A program made the position numbers and the translations under genes. Shown here in pieces: positions 11,164 to 22,740 of a stretch of DNA of 64,000 nt (its first letter is position 1; each line of letters opens with the position of its first letter). The stretch covers positions 288,001 to 352,000 of the forward strand of contig OZ244719.1 of the NCBI GenBank assembly GCA_965219095.1, in the 5' to 3' direction. The stretch is from Bdellovibrionales bacterium (GTDB lineage Bacteria; Bdellovibrionota; Bdellovibrionia; Bdellovibrionales; UBA1609). Below the pieces are notes generated by a model. It had not been told where the DNA came from, made no database searches, and worked only from the letters and a program-made list of their open reading frames with translations.

Positions 11164-11265
11164 ATTCCTTTTGTAGTGTTTCCATCTGAATCTTCTGATG
11201 AATACTTTGTTTTTCTAGAAAGAGAAACTTAAGAAATCCAAAAACCAAAGTTCGACAACTATAAT

Positions 11266-13662
11266 TTATTTACGAATCGAAATGTTTAATTTTTTACTTA
11301 CAGACGAAATAAGATTTTCTTGAAGCAAGCTCAGCTGTTCTTCAGATAAAGTTCCCTTTTCATCTTGAAAAACCATTCGGAAAGATAAAGAAAGCAAACT
11401 ATTCTCAAGAGGGTAAGAGTCAAAAATCTCTATAGATTTTAAAAGGCGACCTGCTTGTTTTTTAATCTCATTTTGAATCTCTAAAGCCGATACTTTCCTG
11501 CCTACCACAAAAGATAGATCTCTATTTACAGAAGGAAACTTAGAAACTGTTTGAAATTGCTTTCTTTTCAAAGAAGAAAGCTCTTCTTCCTCCATCACAA
11601 GCTCCACTTCAGCCAAAGCCACACTCTCTTTTATTTTATACTTCTGTTTAAGAGAAGGATGAAGGGTCCCTAAAAACCCTATGGGGTTTCCTTTAAAGAA
11701 AACCTCTAAAGCTTGATAAGGGTGTATCAAACAAGGAGGCAAACCCTTTTGAAACTCTTTTAATTTAAAAAATTTAGGGTTCCAGGTTAGGAACCAATTT
11801 TCAAAAACAGTTTTTAAATCATAAATCACTTGTCTCTCTGACTCTTTTGACCAAAGGTTATCTTTTTGTCCCCAAAAACTGCAACCTAAATGGGACTTTT
11901 CTTTTTCTAAACCTTGAAACACAGTTCCTACTTCAAAAAGTCTTCCCTTATGATTACCATAGCGAATGTTATAGAGCATGTTTTTAAAAAGATGAGGGAG
12001 AAGGCTTTTTCTCATCACATTAAAGTGTTCGTTAAGAGGATTTTCTATAAGTATTTCTTCTCCTTCATAACCTTCCTTTAAAAGATCATCTTGAAACGAT
12101 TTATTTGTAAAGTGATAATTAACAGCCTCCAGACAACCTTGACGAGAGAAAATTTCTTTTAACTCTTTTTTCAAGACAAAGGAATTCTCTGTTTTCTGAG
12201 GAGGATGGGACATTGAGGGAAGAGTTTCAGGAATTCTATCATAACCTTTCAATCTAGCACATTCTTCTAAAACATCCTCTTCAAGCTGGAGATCTTGTCT
12301 ATAAAGAGGAGGTGTGATTTCATAATGATCGTTCTTAAGCTTCTTACACTTACAATTTAAACTTTTCATAAGTTTTTCAAATTCAAAAGCGGATATATCA
12401 TAAGACAGACGTTGAAGAATCCCGTTGAGTGATACTTTAAAGGATTGAGGTTTTGCAGGTTGAGGATAAACATCTAAAGCTTCTTTTGTTGTTTCACCAC
12501 CTGCTATATCTAAAATCATTTGCGTAGCAAGATTTAAAGCTAAAAGAACTCCTTCACAATCAACTCCTCTTGTAAAGCGATAAGAAGAGTCTGTTTCAAG
12601 ACCATACTTACGAGAGGTTTTCCTTACAGTCTCTAAATTAAAAAAAGCACTTTCTAAAAAAATGTTTTTTGTACTCTCTGTCACGCCAGAGTTTTCACCG
12701 CCTATAATTCCAGCTAAAGCTACAATTTTTTTACCATCACGAATGACAAGTTCACTTCCATCACAACAAAGCTCATCCCCAAAAAGTGTTCTAAATCTCT
12801 CCTTCCTTTCAGCTAATTCCACCTGAATCAAGTTCTTATCTATCAGATCAGAATCAAAAGCATGGAGGGGTTGCCCTCTATCAAACATAACATAGTTTGT
12901 AATATCAACTACATTATTAATAGATTTAAGTCCTACGGTTTTCAATTTTTTCTGTAGCCACTCAGGACTTCTTTTGATTTGCACCCCTGAAATAGAACGC
13001 CCTGTATAACGAGGACAAAGTTGAACTTGCTTGACCTTTACACTGATTCTTTCTTTAACTTTACCAGAAAGTTTTATGTCCTTTATAGGTTTAAGAGGTT
13101 TTCCTAAAAGGCTTGATAACTCTCTTGCTAAACCATAATGACTTAAACAATCAGATCGGTTAGGAGTCACATTCATATCGAAGCATCTATCTTGGGTTTT
13201 TTTTAAGACTTCAAATAACTTCGCTCCCACAGGAGTTTTAGAATCCAAAATCCATATACCTTCTTCTTTTTCTCCATCTAAGCCCAACTCTTTTTGAGAA
13301 CAAAGCATACCATAACTTATCTCACCTCTAATTTTGGTCTTCTTAATTTTAAAATCCCCCGGTAGACAAGCTCCCTCCAAAGCCACTATCACTTTGTCTT
13401 GTTTTCTATGGTTTTTAGCCCCACACACAATAGATAAAAGATTTTTCTTCCCCACATCTACCTGACATAGAGTGAGTCTATCAGCCTGAGGATGTTTCTG
13501 AAGCTCTACAATCTGACCCACAAGCACATACTCTTCAAACTCTTGCTTTCCACCCTCCTCTACTTCAAGCCCTGCTTGAGTTAACTTTTGAGCTATAACT
13601 TGAGGTTCTAATTCAAAAGGAGAGGAAAAAAAACCTTCCAACCACTTCAAAGAAATCTTCAT
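11266..13662 (-). CDS. pheT: Phenylalanine-tRNA ligase beta subunit
   Basis: HPQADRL, IVCGA, TPNRSDCLS, SKFPSVNRDLS motifs; 798 aa. Confidence 0.98.
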   Translation of the reverse strand: MKISLKWLEGFFSSPFELEPQVIAQKLTQAGLEVEEGGKQEFEEYVLVGQIVELQKHPQADRLTLCQVDVGKKNLLSIVCGAKNHRKQDKVIVALEGACLPGDFKIKKTKIRGEISYGMLCSQKELGLDGEKEEGIWILDSKTPVGAKLFEVLKKTQDRCFDMNVTPNRSDCLSHYGLARELSSLLGKPLKPIKDIKLSGKVKERISVKVKQVQLCPRYTGRSISGVQIKRSPEWLQKKLKTVGLKSINNVVDITNYVMFDRGQPLHAFDSDLIDKNLIQVELAERKERFRTLFGDELCCDGSELVIRDGKKIVALAGIIGGENSGVTESTKNIFLESAFFNLETVRKTSRKYGLETDSSYRFTRGVDCEGVLLALNLATQMILDIAGGETTKEALDVYPQPAKPQSFKVSLNGILQRLSYDISAFEFEKLMKSLNCKCKKLKNDHYEITPPLYRQDLQLEEDVLEECARLKGYDRIPETLPSMSHPPQKTENSFVLKKELKEIFSRQGCLEAVNYHFTNKSFQDDLLKEGYEGEEILIENPLNEHFNVMRKSLLPHLFKNMLYNIRYGNHKGRLFEVGTVFQGLEKEKSHLGCSFWGQKDNLWSKESERQVIYDLKTVFENWFLTWNPKFFKLKEFQKGLPPCLIHPYQALEVFFKGNPIGFLGTLHPSLKQKYKIKESVALAEVELVMEEEELSSLKRKQFQTVSKFPSVNRDLSFVVGRKVSALEIQNEIKKQAGRLLKSIEIFDSYPLENSLLSLSFRMVFQDEKGTLSEEQLSLLQENLISSVSKKLNISIRK

Positions 13663-14696
13663 ACAAACTGCCCTAAGAATCTCAAATCATTTTCATTAAA
13701 AAGACGAATGTCACTAATTCCATATTTAATCATTGCCATACGTTCCACTCCAAAACCAAAAGCAAAACCTTGCCATTTTTTGGGATCAATGCGAACGGAT
13801 TCAAACACCTTTGGATGAACCAAACCGCTACCTGCAATTTCAATCCACCCTAAATAAGAGCAGATTCGACATCCCTTAAAATCACAAATAGGACAAGAGC
13901 AATCCACTTCAGCAGAAGGCTCTGTAAAAGGAAAAAAACTAGGACGAAATCGCACTTTTGTCTTGTCACTAAAAAAAGCTTTTGCAAAATAAGAGATCAC
14001 ACCTTTTAGATCCGACATAGATACTTTTTGATCCACCCATAAACCTTCAACTTGAAAAAAGTTAGGCGAGTGAGTTATATCAGAATCACAACGAAACACA
14101 GGCCCTGGAGATAAAATCCTCAAGGGTAAAGATTCTTTTTCCATAGTATGAATCTGAACAGGACTTGTTTGTGTTCTTAAAACAAAGTTTTCTTTCCTGT
14201 CACTTTTAACATAAAAAGTGTCCTGCATATCACGGGAGGGATGATGAGGCGGAAAATTCAAAGCTTCAAAATTGTACCAATCCCTTTCCACCAAAGGCCC
14301 TTCTCTTACAGAAAAACCTAGGCGAGATAAAATTTCAATCATTTCATAAGTAACTAAAGAAAGTGGATGTAAAGCCCCTAGTTCTTTTTTCGCTCCCGGT
14401 AAAAATAAATCAAGCTTTTCTTCTTCAAGTTGTTCTGAAAGTTTTCGTTCCTTTAACTCTGTTAATTTCCTCTCATAGGCCTCTTGTAAATCTTTCTTCT
14501 TTTGATTCACAAGCTGTCCAAAGATAGGTCGCTGGTCTGAGGACAACTGTTTTAACCCTCTCATAAGATAAGAAAACTTTCCCTTTTTACCTAAAAACTT
14601 CACTTTCACATGATGATAAAGAGAGTCGGGATCTTTTGTTTCTGAAATCTTCCTTAAAGCTTCCTCATAAATATGTTGGATCTGTTTTTTATCCAT
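13659..14696 (-). CDS. pheS: Phenylalanine-tRNA ligase alpha subunit
   Basis: HPSRDMQDTF, LRTQTS, RFRPSFFPFTEPS, GFAFGFGVER. Confidence 0.98.
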   Translation of the reverse strand: MDKKQIQHIYEEALRKISETKDPDSLYHHVKVKFLGKKGKFSYLMRGLKQLSSDQRPIFGQLVNQKKKDLQEAYERKLTELKERKLSEQLEEEKLDLFLPGAKKELGALHPLSLVTYEMIEILSRLGFSVREGPLVERDWYNFEALNFPPHHPSRDMQDTFYVKSDRKENFVLRTQTSPVQIHTMEKESLPLRILSPGPVFRCDSDITHSPNFFQVEGLWVDQKVSMSDLKGVISYFAKAFFSDKTKVRFRPSFFPFTEPSAEVDCSCPICDFKGCRICSYLGWIEIAGSGLVHPKVFESVRIDPKKWQGFAFGFGVERMAMIKYGISDIRLFNENDLRFLGQFV

Positions 14697-14798
14697 AGAC
14701 CTTAAGTTTATCAAACTTAATTATGTTATGGCTTAATTGACGCATGCTGTAATCTATTCTCACAAGCTAGACTAAAAAATGATAAAATCACCTCATCT

Positions 14799-15554
14799 AT
14801 GAATGTCTTAAGTGAAAAAAGCTCGCATTTTAAAACATGGAAGCGTCTGCTTTCTTCTAAAGGGCAAAAGGAAGAGAAAAAATTTCTTCTTTCAGGAAGA
14901 AAAGCTGTAGAAGATTTTTTTAAAACCCCTTTGATAAGAGAAATTCTTTATACCAAAGAACATAAAAAACTCGCACCTCAGTTTTTCAAAAATTCTCTCT
15001 TAAAACCTTACGAATTAAGAAAATATCTTTTTAGACAACTTGATCCCTTCAACACAGACTTTCCTCTTCTTATAGGAGAGCAACCTCAAATTCCTGTTTT
15101 TGATCTTAAAAAAGATCCTAAAGGGTTAGAAGTACTATGTGCTTTAGGGGATCCTTCTAATTTGGGAGCTTTTTTAAGAAACTGTTGTGCTTTTTATGTG
15201 TCAAAAGTAATTCTTTTAAAAGAATCAAGTTGGCCTTTTTTACCTAAAAGTCTCAAAACCTCCAGTGGCCTTGCTCTTAAAGCACCACTTTTTCAAGGGC
15301 CTTCTCTTCTAACTCTTAAAGACAACAAACACCTTACAACCTTAGACCCTAAAGGAAAAAATCTTTACCACAAGCCTTTAGAAAAAAACATAAGACTTCT
15401 TATAGGAGAAGAGGGACAAGGACTTCCCAAACTCTTAAGAAAAAAAGCTCTTAAAATTCCCATTCACCCTCAAGTGGAATCTTTAAACGCTATGGTGGCA
15501 GGAAGTCTTTTCCTCTTTTATTACCAAACTCTTCACAGTGAAAATAAAAAATAA
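14799..15554 (+). CDS. TrmH/SpoU-family RNA methyltransferase
   Basis: DPSNLGAFLR, IGEEGQGL, VESLNA SPOUT motifs. Confidence 0.9.
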   Translation: MNVLSEKSSHFKTWKRLLSSKGQKEEKKFLLSGRKAVEDFFKTPLIREILYTKEHKKLAPQFFKNSLLKPYELRKYLFRQLDPFNTDFPLLIGEQPQIPVFDLKKDPKGLEVLCALGDPSNLGAFLRNCCAFYVSKVILLKESSWPFLPKSLKTSSGLALKAPLFQGPSLLTLKDNKHLTTLDPKGKNLYHKPLEKNIRLLIGEEGQGLPKLLRKKALKIPIHPQVESLNAMVAGSLFLFYYQTLHSENKK

Positions 15555-15556
15555 CT

Positions 15557-15582
15557 GTAACTGCTCACTCCTGTAAGTTTTT
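15557..15582. mobile_element. Isolated IS66 terminal remnant
   Basis: GTAACTGCTCACTC is the reverse complement of the end at 10786-10799. Confidence 0.6.
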
Positions 15583-15583
15583 T

Positions 15584-15634
15584 CGCCTCCTCAAAAGAAC
15601 TTCCGGGAACCCACAGATTCTTTTTGAGGAGGCG
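15584..15634. mobile_element. Mini element of fused ISL3-like ends
   Basis: CGCCTCCTCAAAA...TTTTGAGGAGGCG sharing the core CCGGGAACCCACAGATTC with 7804-7841. Confidence 0.55.
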
Positions 15635-15640
15635 AAAAAA

Positions 15641-16005
15641 TAAGCTCTGAAGCTTCAGAAAGTCTTAAAGAAGCTCATTTAGAAACATTGACAGTCCTTC
15701 ATTTAAAAGCTCCTCCTTTTTTACGAAAGACTTTAAGCTCTACGAACCCAATAGAAAGTGCCTTCTCTATCGTTCGTCAACAAACAGGAAGGGTGAAGAA
15801 TTGGAAGAAAAATCCTCGACAAATCTCCTTATGGGTCGCAGCTTCCTTGTTACATGTCGAGAAAAAGTTTTGCACTATCAGGGGACATAAACAAATACTT
15901 CTATTTATGGAAGAAATAAATAAAATAAACCTTGAAAAACAAATGGAGATAGCTTAATTATGAAAAAGTCCCTTCTGAAAGTCTAACGGAATTACGGACA
16001 TCCTC
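15641..16005 (+). mobile_element. IS256-family 3' remnant
   Basis: LRKTLSSTNPIES..VRQQTGRVKNW motif; end ..GGACATCCTC; a second degenerate end at 16301-16327. Confidence 0.75.
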
Positions 16006-16112
16006 TCAAAAGAAGTTTTTTTAAAATCTCCTAACCGAAGCTTTTCCTTAAGTTAATTCTAAAATTTTAAATTTGAACATAAAAATGTCAAATTAATTTC
16101 TGTAATTGGTAT
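16006..16112 (+). mobile_element. IS630-A right-end fragment
   Basis: Matches 18168-18275 (reverse), 49494-49598 and 62080-62187; ends AATTAATTTCTGTAATTGGTA. Confidence 0.8.
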
Positions 16113-16446
16113 AAGTAGCAAAAAGCAAGAGATTCTTTGTCAAACCCTTAAGAAGAAGTTTTTATCCTAAAGACAAACCATTTTACTTTAACATTAAGAA
16201 AGCTTTTAGGACACAGTACTCTCAAAAGAGAAGTTAGAAAACTTAGAAAAAATGGTTGCAAAACAAAGAAAGGCCGCTTAAACATGAAATCGCCCTCTAA
16301 AATTCCACCGAGAAATGGGACATCCTCTCTATTCCCTCTAGGAGAAAAAACTGGAAACCTAAACGGAAGCATTATATACGTACTTACTACACTTCAAAAA
16401 CCCCCTTTTTATCTTGCTAGAAAAAGGGACTTTTGAAACACGGTTA

Positions 16447-17317
16447 GGGCGTGTCCTCATTTGACTGGACCTTTACTTTGAAGTTTAAGCCAAATAAACA
16501 TACATGCTATAGATAGCATAGCTTTGAAATTTCTAGCAAGCTTTTCAAATCGAGTGGCAATACCTCTAAAATGCTTAAGACGAGCAAAAAGGTTTTCTAT
16601 CTGATGTCGAGATTTATAGATATGACGATCAAAATCTTTATTTTTCTTTTTGCTATTTTTTCGTCTCGGTATCACAGGCTTTATCTTCTTACTACGAGCC
16701 TTATCTCGTATCTCATCCGAGTCATAGGCCTTGTCAGCAATCAAATACTCACTATGAAACTCATCAATTAAATCACCTGCAACTTGACTGTCGTGCACTT
16801 CACTCTCAGTGATTTTAAAACAGAGCGGATTTCCATGTGCATCAGAGGCCATGTGTATTTTTGTTGTGGATCCACCTCTAGATTTTCCCACAGCACGACT
16901 TTCTCCACGCCGAGCTCCACTAGCATGCTGATGAACCGATACGTAACTTCCGTCGATGGACACCCACTCTGTATCAACTTCTTCTTGTAAAGTAAAAAAA
17001 AATCATTCCATAACCCTTTTTGTGCCCACCTATTAAAGCGATTATATGCTCTCTTCCAAGGACAGAACTGTTCAGGAATATCACGCCACGGACTGCCTGT
17101 ACGTAATTTCCATAAAATTGCTTCCATAACATTTCTATTGTTTGCTGAATGATAACAGCCTTTCTCTCTTATAATAGCTTCCAGATCCTTCCACATAGAA
17201 TCTGTTAAAACTTTTCTTAACATAATACCTCCCTTTGTTATGAGCTTTTTACAATCTTTATAAATATTCAACACGCCTAAGGTCTTGAAAAAGGTCTGGG
17301 CAAATGAGGACACGCCC
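16447..17317 (-). mobile_element. IS5-family (IS427-like) element, two ORFs joined by a -1 frameshift at a T-run
   Basis: IR GGGCGTGTCCTCATTTG, TA flanks; RTGSPWRDIP, IDGS, ADKAYDSD, YKSRHQIENLF. Confidence 0.92.
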
Positions 17318-17640
17318 TAGTATAATTTGCTTTGCCTTATAAAAAATCCACTATTGTATCAAAACAAAGCTGAGAATAGTCTGTGAGGTTGTCAAAATGA
17401 AAAAGAGTCTAAACCCTCATACTGGACCACAGAGGAAGGAATACAGACCTCTTTTGTGCTTTTTTTATACTTTGAGGAAGAGGATTAAAAAAAATTCAAT
17501 TTTTTTGTAAATTTTCTAGAGTAAAAAACTTTTTTACAGGCTCTTTTATAGGCCTTTTAAGACATGGAATGTCATAAGATTTTTTGATAATGAATGTCAA
17601 TTGTGCTATAAAGTTCTCATCATAAGTAAAGGAGTTGTTT

Positions 17641-18144
17641 ATGTCTTTTAAAGTTGTTACAACTTTCAAAAAAGGGGATCATGTTGTTTATCCAGGACAT
17701 GGAGTGGGTAAAATTGTTGGTATTGAAGAAAAAAAAGTCATGGATACTACTCTTGTGTTTTATATGATCAGTATTCTAGATACAGGAATGAAAATTATGG
17801 TCCCTCAAGATAAGGCTGATTCTGTGGGGTTAAGACATCTCATTTCCAAATCGGATGCAAACAAAGTGATGGACATTCTTCGTCAAAAGAATGTAATAGT
17901 AGATCAGCAAACTTGGAATCGTCGTTATAGGGAGTATATGGAAAAGGTGAAAACAGGCTCTATTTATGAAATTGCAGAAGTTTTAAGGGATCTGATGTTA
18001 TTGAAAGTGGATAAAGAGTTGAGTTTTGGAGAACGTAAAATGCTCAGTATGGTAAGAAACCTTTTAATGGATGAATTAACCCTTGTCACAAGCAAAGAAG
18101 AACTGAAACAGCAGAAAGAAATTAAAAGCATGTTAGGGCTTTAA
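17641..18144 (+). CDS. carD: CarD/CdnL-family transcription regulator
   Basis: FKKGDHVVYPGHGVGKI, WNRRYREYMEK, LSFGERKML. Confidence 0.93.
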   Translation: MSFKVVTTFKKGDHVVYPGHGVGKIVGIEEKKVMDTTLVFYMISILDTGMKIMVPQDKADSVGLRHLISKSDANKVMDILRQKNVIVDQQTWNRRYREYMEKVKTGSIYEIAEVLRDLMLLKVDKELSFGERKMLSMVRNLLMDELTLVTSKEELKQQKEIKSMLGL

Positions 18145-19747
18145 ATTTCTTCTATTTTATAATATTATGCCAATTACAGAAATTAATTCGACATTTTTAT
18201 GTTCAAATTTAAAATTTTAAAATTGACTTAAGGAAAAGCTTCAGTTAGGAGATTTTAAAAAAACTTTTTTTGAGGGGAGGTTGAGTTTTCATAAGATATG
18301 TTTATTTCAGGTATATCTATTTGTTGTGTGAATCGATTGATGGGTTAAAATAAGTGAAAAAGTGAGGGTAAAATTTAAAATGACAAAAATCAGTTACACA
18401 ATTTAATTTATAGGTTCAAATTAATTTACAAGCTTGATTCATCTTGTTGTTTTCCCCAAGATTAATCCTGCCCTCCTGATCGCAAAAAGTATTCCAGGCC
18501 TCACAACAAGTATTCACTATATGGTCATAGTTTTTAAAACATGCATTCGATAATTTGATCCTTCGTAATTGTTGCCAGACTTGTTCCATGGGATTTAATT
18601 CTGGACTATAAGGAGGTAAAGGCATCAGGGATAAATTCTTAGGAACTATCAAAGTCTCTGTGGTATGCCAACTGGCTCTGTCCATTAAAACAATTCCATG
18701 ATAGTTTTCTTGAATATTTTTAGATATCTCATCTAAGTGAATTTGCATCATCCCTGAATTACATTCCGGTAAAATCCAAGCACAGCCTTTATCTTTATCC
18801 GGACAAACTGCTCCAAAAATATAAGTGGATAAAAATTGTCTTTGCCTCACAACTCTAGGCCGTGTGCCTTTTCTTGCCCAAATCCTGCTCAAAGAACCTT
18901 GCTGAGCTTATTCTGCATTCATCCTGCCACCAAATCTCTATTTTATGAGTCTGAATCTTTTCTTTTATTTTCTCCACCTCTTCTGGAAAATGTTCCTTAA
19001 ACTGTTCCATAGCTTCTTAATGAACTTTTAGGATGAAGAGAACGACCACTGATCCATACAATATTAAGGCGGTCTAAAGAAACATAAACCCTAGAAAGAG
19101 AATAGCAACTATCACAATTCATCTGCTAAAAGTTCCTGTATTCCCTTTGCTCCTATGCTTCCTCCTTCTCTTTTGTCTTGAATTTCATCTAACTTGATTT
19201 TAAAGTTCTCCTCTTCTGTTTCTGTCACTGGCAAACGAGGCTTGCGTCCTCTGCCTTCTCGATCTATCAATCCCTCGTAATCAAAGTCTACAAAAAAAGA
19301 CTGTAACCAGGATTTGATACTGTGACGATGATACAAAACCATACCTAGCTGTTTCTTGAATCGATTTTCCTTCTTAAATATGGTGCAAAACCAATAGTTT
19401 TGCCTTGATGTTGGCACTTCTTTCCACTTTGTTAAATAGCTAGAAAATCATACCCTTAAATCTGTGTAACTAAATCTTTTTTCGACGGTAAATCAAAAAG
19501 ACAGGTCACTGGTTTAAGCCATGATAGTGACCCTAAAGTACTTGCAGAAGGAGGTGATTTTTGAGACAAATTCTAAACCCTTTAGCTGGCCTGGTTTTTA
19601 AGGCCTCAAAGGGTGTTTTCCCTTTTTTTCGATTAAGCCTGTATTTTTGTGAAGGCTTACTCGAAAAAAAGGAAAAAGCAAAAAAAAGATGTAAAATAGG
19701 ATTTCAAGACTTTATTTATAAATAAACCAACAAAGGAGGAAAATAAA

Positions 19748-20751
19748 ATGTATGATCACTATATAGCCGTAGATTGGGCACAAAGTAACATGGCCATTAA
19801 GGATGACAGGCAAATCAAAAGATATTAAGACTATGGACACGATTTCAGATCTTGGGAATCTTCGTGCCTATTTAAAAACCCTGAAAGGTAAGAAGATATT
19901 GACTATCGAAGAGACTACAACTTCGACAGTGGTTGTATTCAGAATTAAAGGATAGTGTTGATGAGCTCATAGTCTGTGATCCTCTTCGGAACAGACTTTT
20001 AAGTGAAGGGGCTAAAACTGATAAAATTGATGCTGAAAAACTTGTTTTATTGTTACGCTCTGGCCTTTTGAAACCAGTCTTTCACTCAGGTGATGAATTC
20101 ATTTACCTTCGTAAGATTGTCAGTGGGTATGAAGATGTAGTTAAAAGAGGAGTTCGTGTTAAAAACCAAAGATCAGCTCTGTTTCGAGCTTCCCATCTTG
20201 ATGCTAAGAAGCAGACTCAATTAAAACGGGCAGAAGAGATATATTTGTTCTAGAAGGCTTAGATAAAGCTATCAGTGCTTATGGGGAGGAGAAAGCACGT
20301 TATGAAGCAGAGTTTAAGAGGCTAAGTAAAAAACACAAAGATATTAGAAATCTTAGTAGCATTCCAGGAATTGGTTCTATCAAGGCTATCAAGATTGTAG
20401 CCAGGGTTGTAGTGCCTCACCGATTTAAACGTAATTCCTGGTGGAGTGGACTGCGGACTTGTAAAGCTACATAAAATGAGTGGTGGAAGGTCTTATGGAA
20501 CTAAGAAGTCTAGGTTTTGCCCACAAATGAAAAGTGTTTTTAAGATAGCTGCACTCTCAGTTATAGGAAATAACAATAAATTTAATGATTTTTATGAAGA
20601 ATTGATCAAAAAAAATTTACCACCACACACTGCTAGAAACGTTACCAACTAGAAGAATTGCAGCTTTAACTTTAGGTGTTTTCAAGTCTGAAAAAAATAT
20701 AAACCTTATGGAGAACGTAAAAATGTAAATAATAATAAAACAACCTTATAA
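19748..20751 (+). pseudogene. IS110 DEDD recombinase, frameshifted
   Basis: MYDHYIAVDW, KTDKIDA, SIPGIG, CGL..KMSGG spread across several frames. Confidence 0.88.
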
Positions 20752-20832
20752 AATCATCTGTTTAAAGTTTCTTGCATAGTAAGTAACAATACAAATAATG
20801 ACTTTATGAGGTGAGGATAGATAGCTTAATTA

Positions 20833-22530
20833 CCTGAGTTCGTGCTCAAAAATGTACACTACAGACGGACGTTTTTTTGACAAGACTTTTTCCAATAGAT
20901 CTTAGTATTTTTTCTTGAACTTTATTCAAAGCTACTGTTTTGATAAGTCTAGTTTTATTTTTTCGGTCATAAAGATAGACATTATACATGCTACCGAGTT
21001 CTTCAAGAGCTTCCTCTGGAGACATCTGCATCTTTTCAAGCTTCATTTTTAGAATTGAAAGTATCAGACAAGATAAATAGCATATAAAGACATGTGATTG
21101 AACTCTGTTGTAAAGCCAATGACGAATTGGTCTCAAATTTGTTATTCCCTTTAAGGTCCTAAAAGATTTTTCAATTATCTCTTTCTTATAGTACAAATTA
21201 ACAATATCTTTTGCAGAGATCTTTTTTGTAGAAAATATACAAGAGTAACCATCAAACTCAGATTCTAAATTCAACCGATCTCTTCTTAATCTTCCTGTTG
21301 GAGTAAGGTATTTTTCCAAACCTGGTTTTATATTTTTATTTTTAGACAAAAGAATTTGTGCGTTTGCAATTTCGTCCAAACGAGATTCTCTTATATCTAA
21401 AGCTCTCCTTTGATTGTAACAAACAACTAAACGTCCTTTGATTTTTCCAACATTGTGATTAATGCTCTGAGCATACAAGGTACCACTTGATAACCTGATG
21501 CGATGGGATACATCAACAATAGAGTCTAGCCTTATCATTTTTCTAATCAAATCCTTCTCTTTTTTTCTGAGAGCAATCCCACAAAGCGTATTCCAGCCCA
21601 AATCATTGATTTCATTGAGGTTTCTCTCTGAAAAAATGCCTCTGTCGTAAACAAACATTCCTCCACTTAGTCCATAGTTTGCAAATCCATCGGATAAACT
21701 TAGTAGAGTCCTGCTATCGTGTATGTTTCCACTAAAAGTTTTATGAAACACTGGTATTCCTTCTTTTTGAGTTGTCACCAAACCAATTTGAATCAAAGGA
21801 TTTCCACGTTTCCCATCCTTACTCTTTCCTAATTTTCCAAGCTGACATTTGCTACCATAAAGGTATGTATTGGTAACATCGTACACCAACCCTTTTAGCT
21901 CAAGATTGTACCTTTTCTGAACACCTTGAAATATTTTCTTCTGTAAATTTTCTGGATCACTCTCTAAAGAATCTAGAGCAGAAAGCAAACGACTTTCGGT
22001 TAGATCCTCTAAATTTAGCAAAGTGTTTAAATCTGTTCTCTCATACCATTTTGGCATTTTTCTAAGGCTTTTGTAATCTAAACAGTGAGCATAGACCATG
22101 CTTAATATTTCATTGGAGTATTGGCCAAGAGATTTTTGCAAATCTATTTCCCTAGTATTTTATCTAAAACAAGCAAAGGACCATAAACCTTGACCTTTTC
22201 TATTTCAAGATCAGATGAACTCATTGAAATTACAGTTTCACCATTCTCTTCCTTCCCGATGTACCGAATATGCTTTTGGATAACTTTTCCATCAACCCTT
22301 TTGTTCTCTACTTCTGCAAGATATGTTACCTTTCCTCTTTTTATTCTTCTGATAAAGCTCATATTTCTCCCTCCTATAGTGTAATATATTACACTACAAA
22401 GGAAAATGCAAGGCAAGTTATTTTTTGTGATTTTATCTAAAAATCGAAAATTCCCCTATGAAAACTGAGATTTTTATGGAAAATGGGAAATTATAGCTTT
22501 GTAGTGTACATTTTTGGTCACGAATTTAGG
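20833..22530 (-). mobile_element. IS1634-family element, transposase split near 22143
   Basis: ~30-bp imperfect IR CCT(G/A)A(G/A)TTCGTG..AAAAATGTACACTACA; TSD TTAATTA (20826-32, 22531-37); YDVTNTY, YDRG, IEKSFR. Confidence 0.92.
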
Positions 22531-22740
22531 TTAATTAGAGTGATATTTATAAAAAATTCATTTCGACGAATAGCACATCCTCTATTCCTGAAATTTACTA
22601 TAATCTAAGGTTTTAAATCTTCGGAATAAATTCATGATTTAAAACTAAAAAAGGTTTAGATAGACGCATGATAGGAATATGTTTTTTTTACAATGTGTAA
22701 AGGAAGAGTCATTAAAAAATGGAAAGGAAATGCAGGAAGT
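22531..22740 (+). ncRNA. Putative IS110 bridge/seek RNA, 3' part (5' part ~20765-20832, split by IS1634)
   Basis: Nested stems enclose target matches TTAGAGTG and TTTCGAC, and donor matches ATTTAC and GATAGAC. Confidence 0.75.

Noticed and set aside
18168..18430. omegaRNA/TnpB system in the long IS630-A right end
   Set aside because: No TnpB/IscB ORF; the intact copy lacks most of this segment
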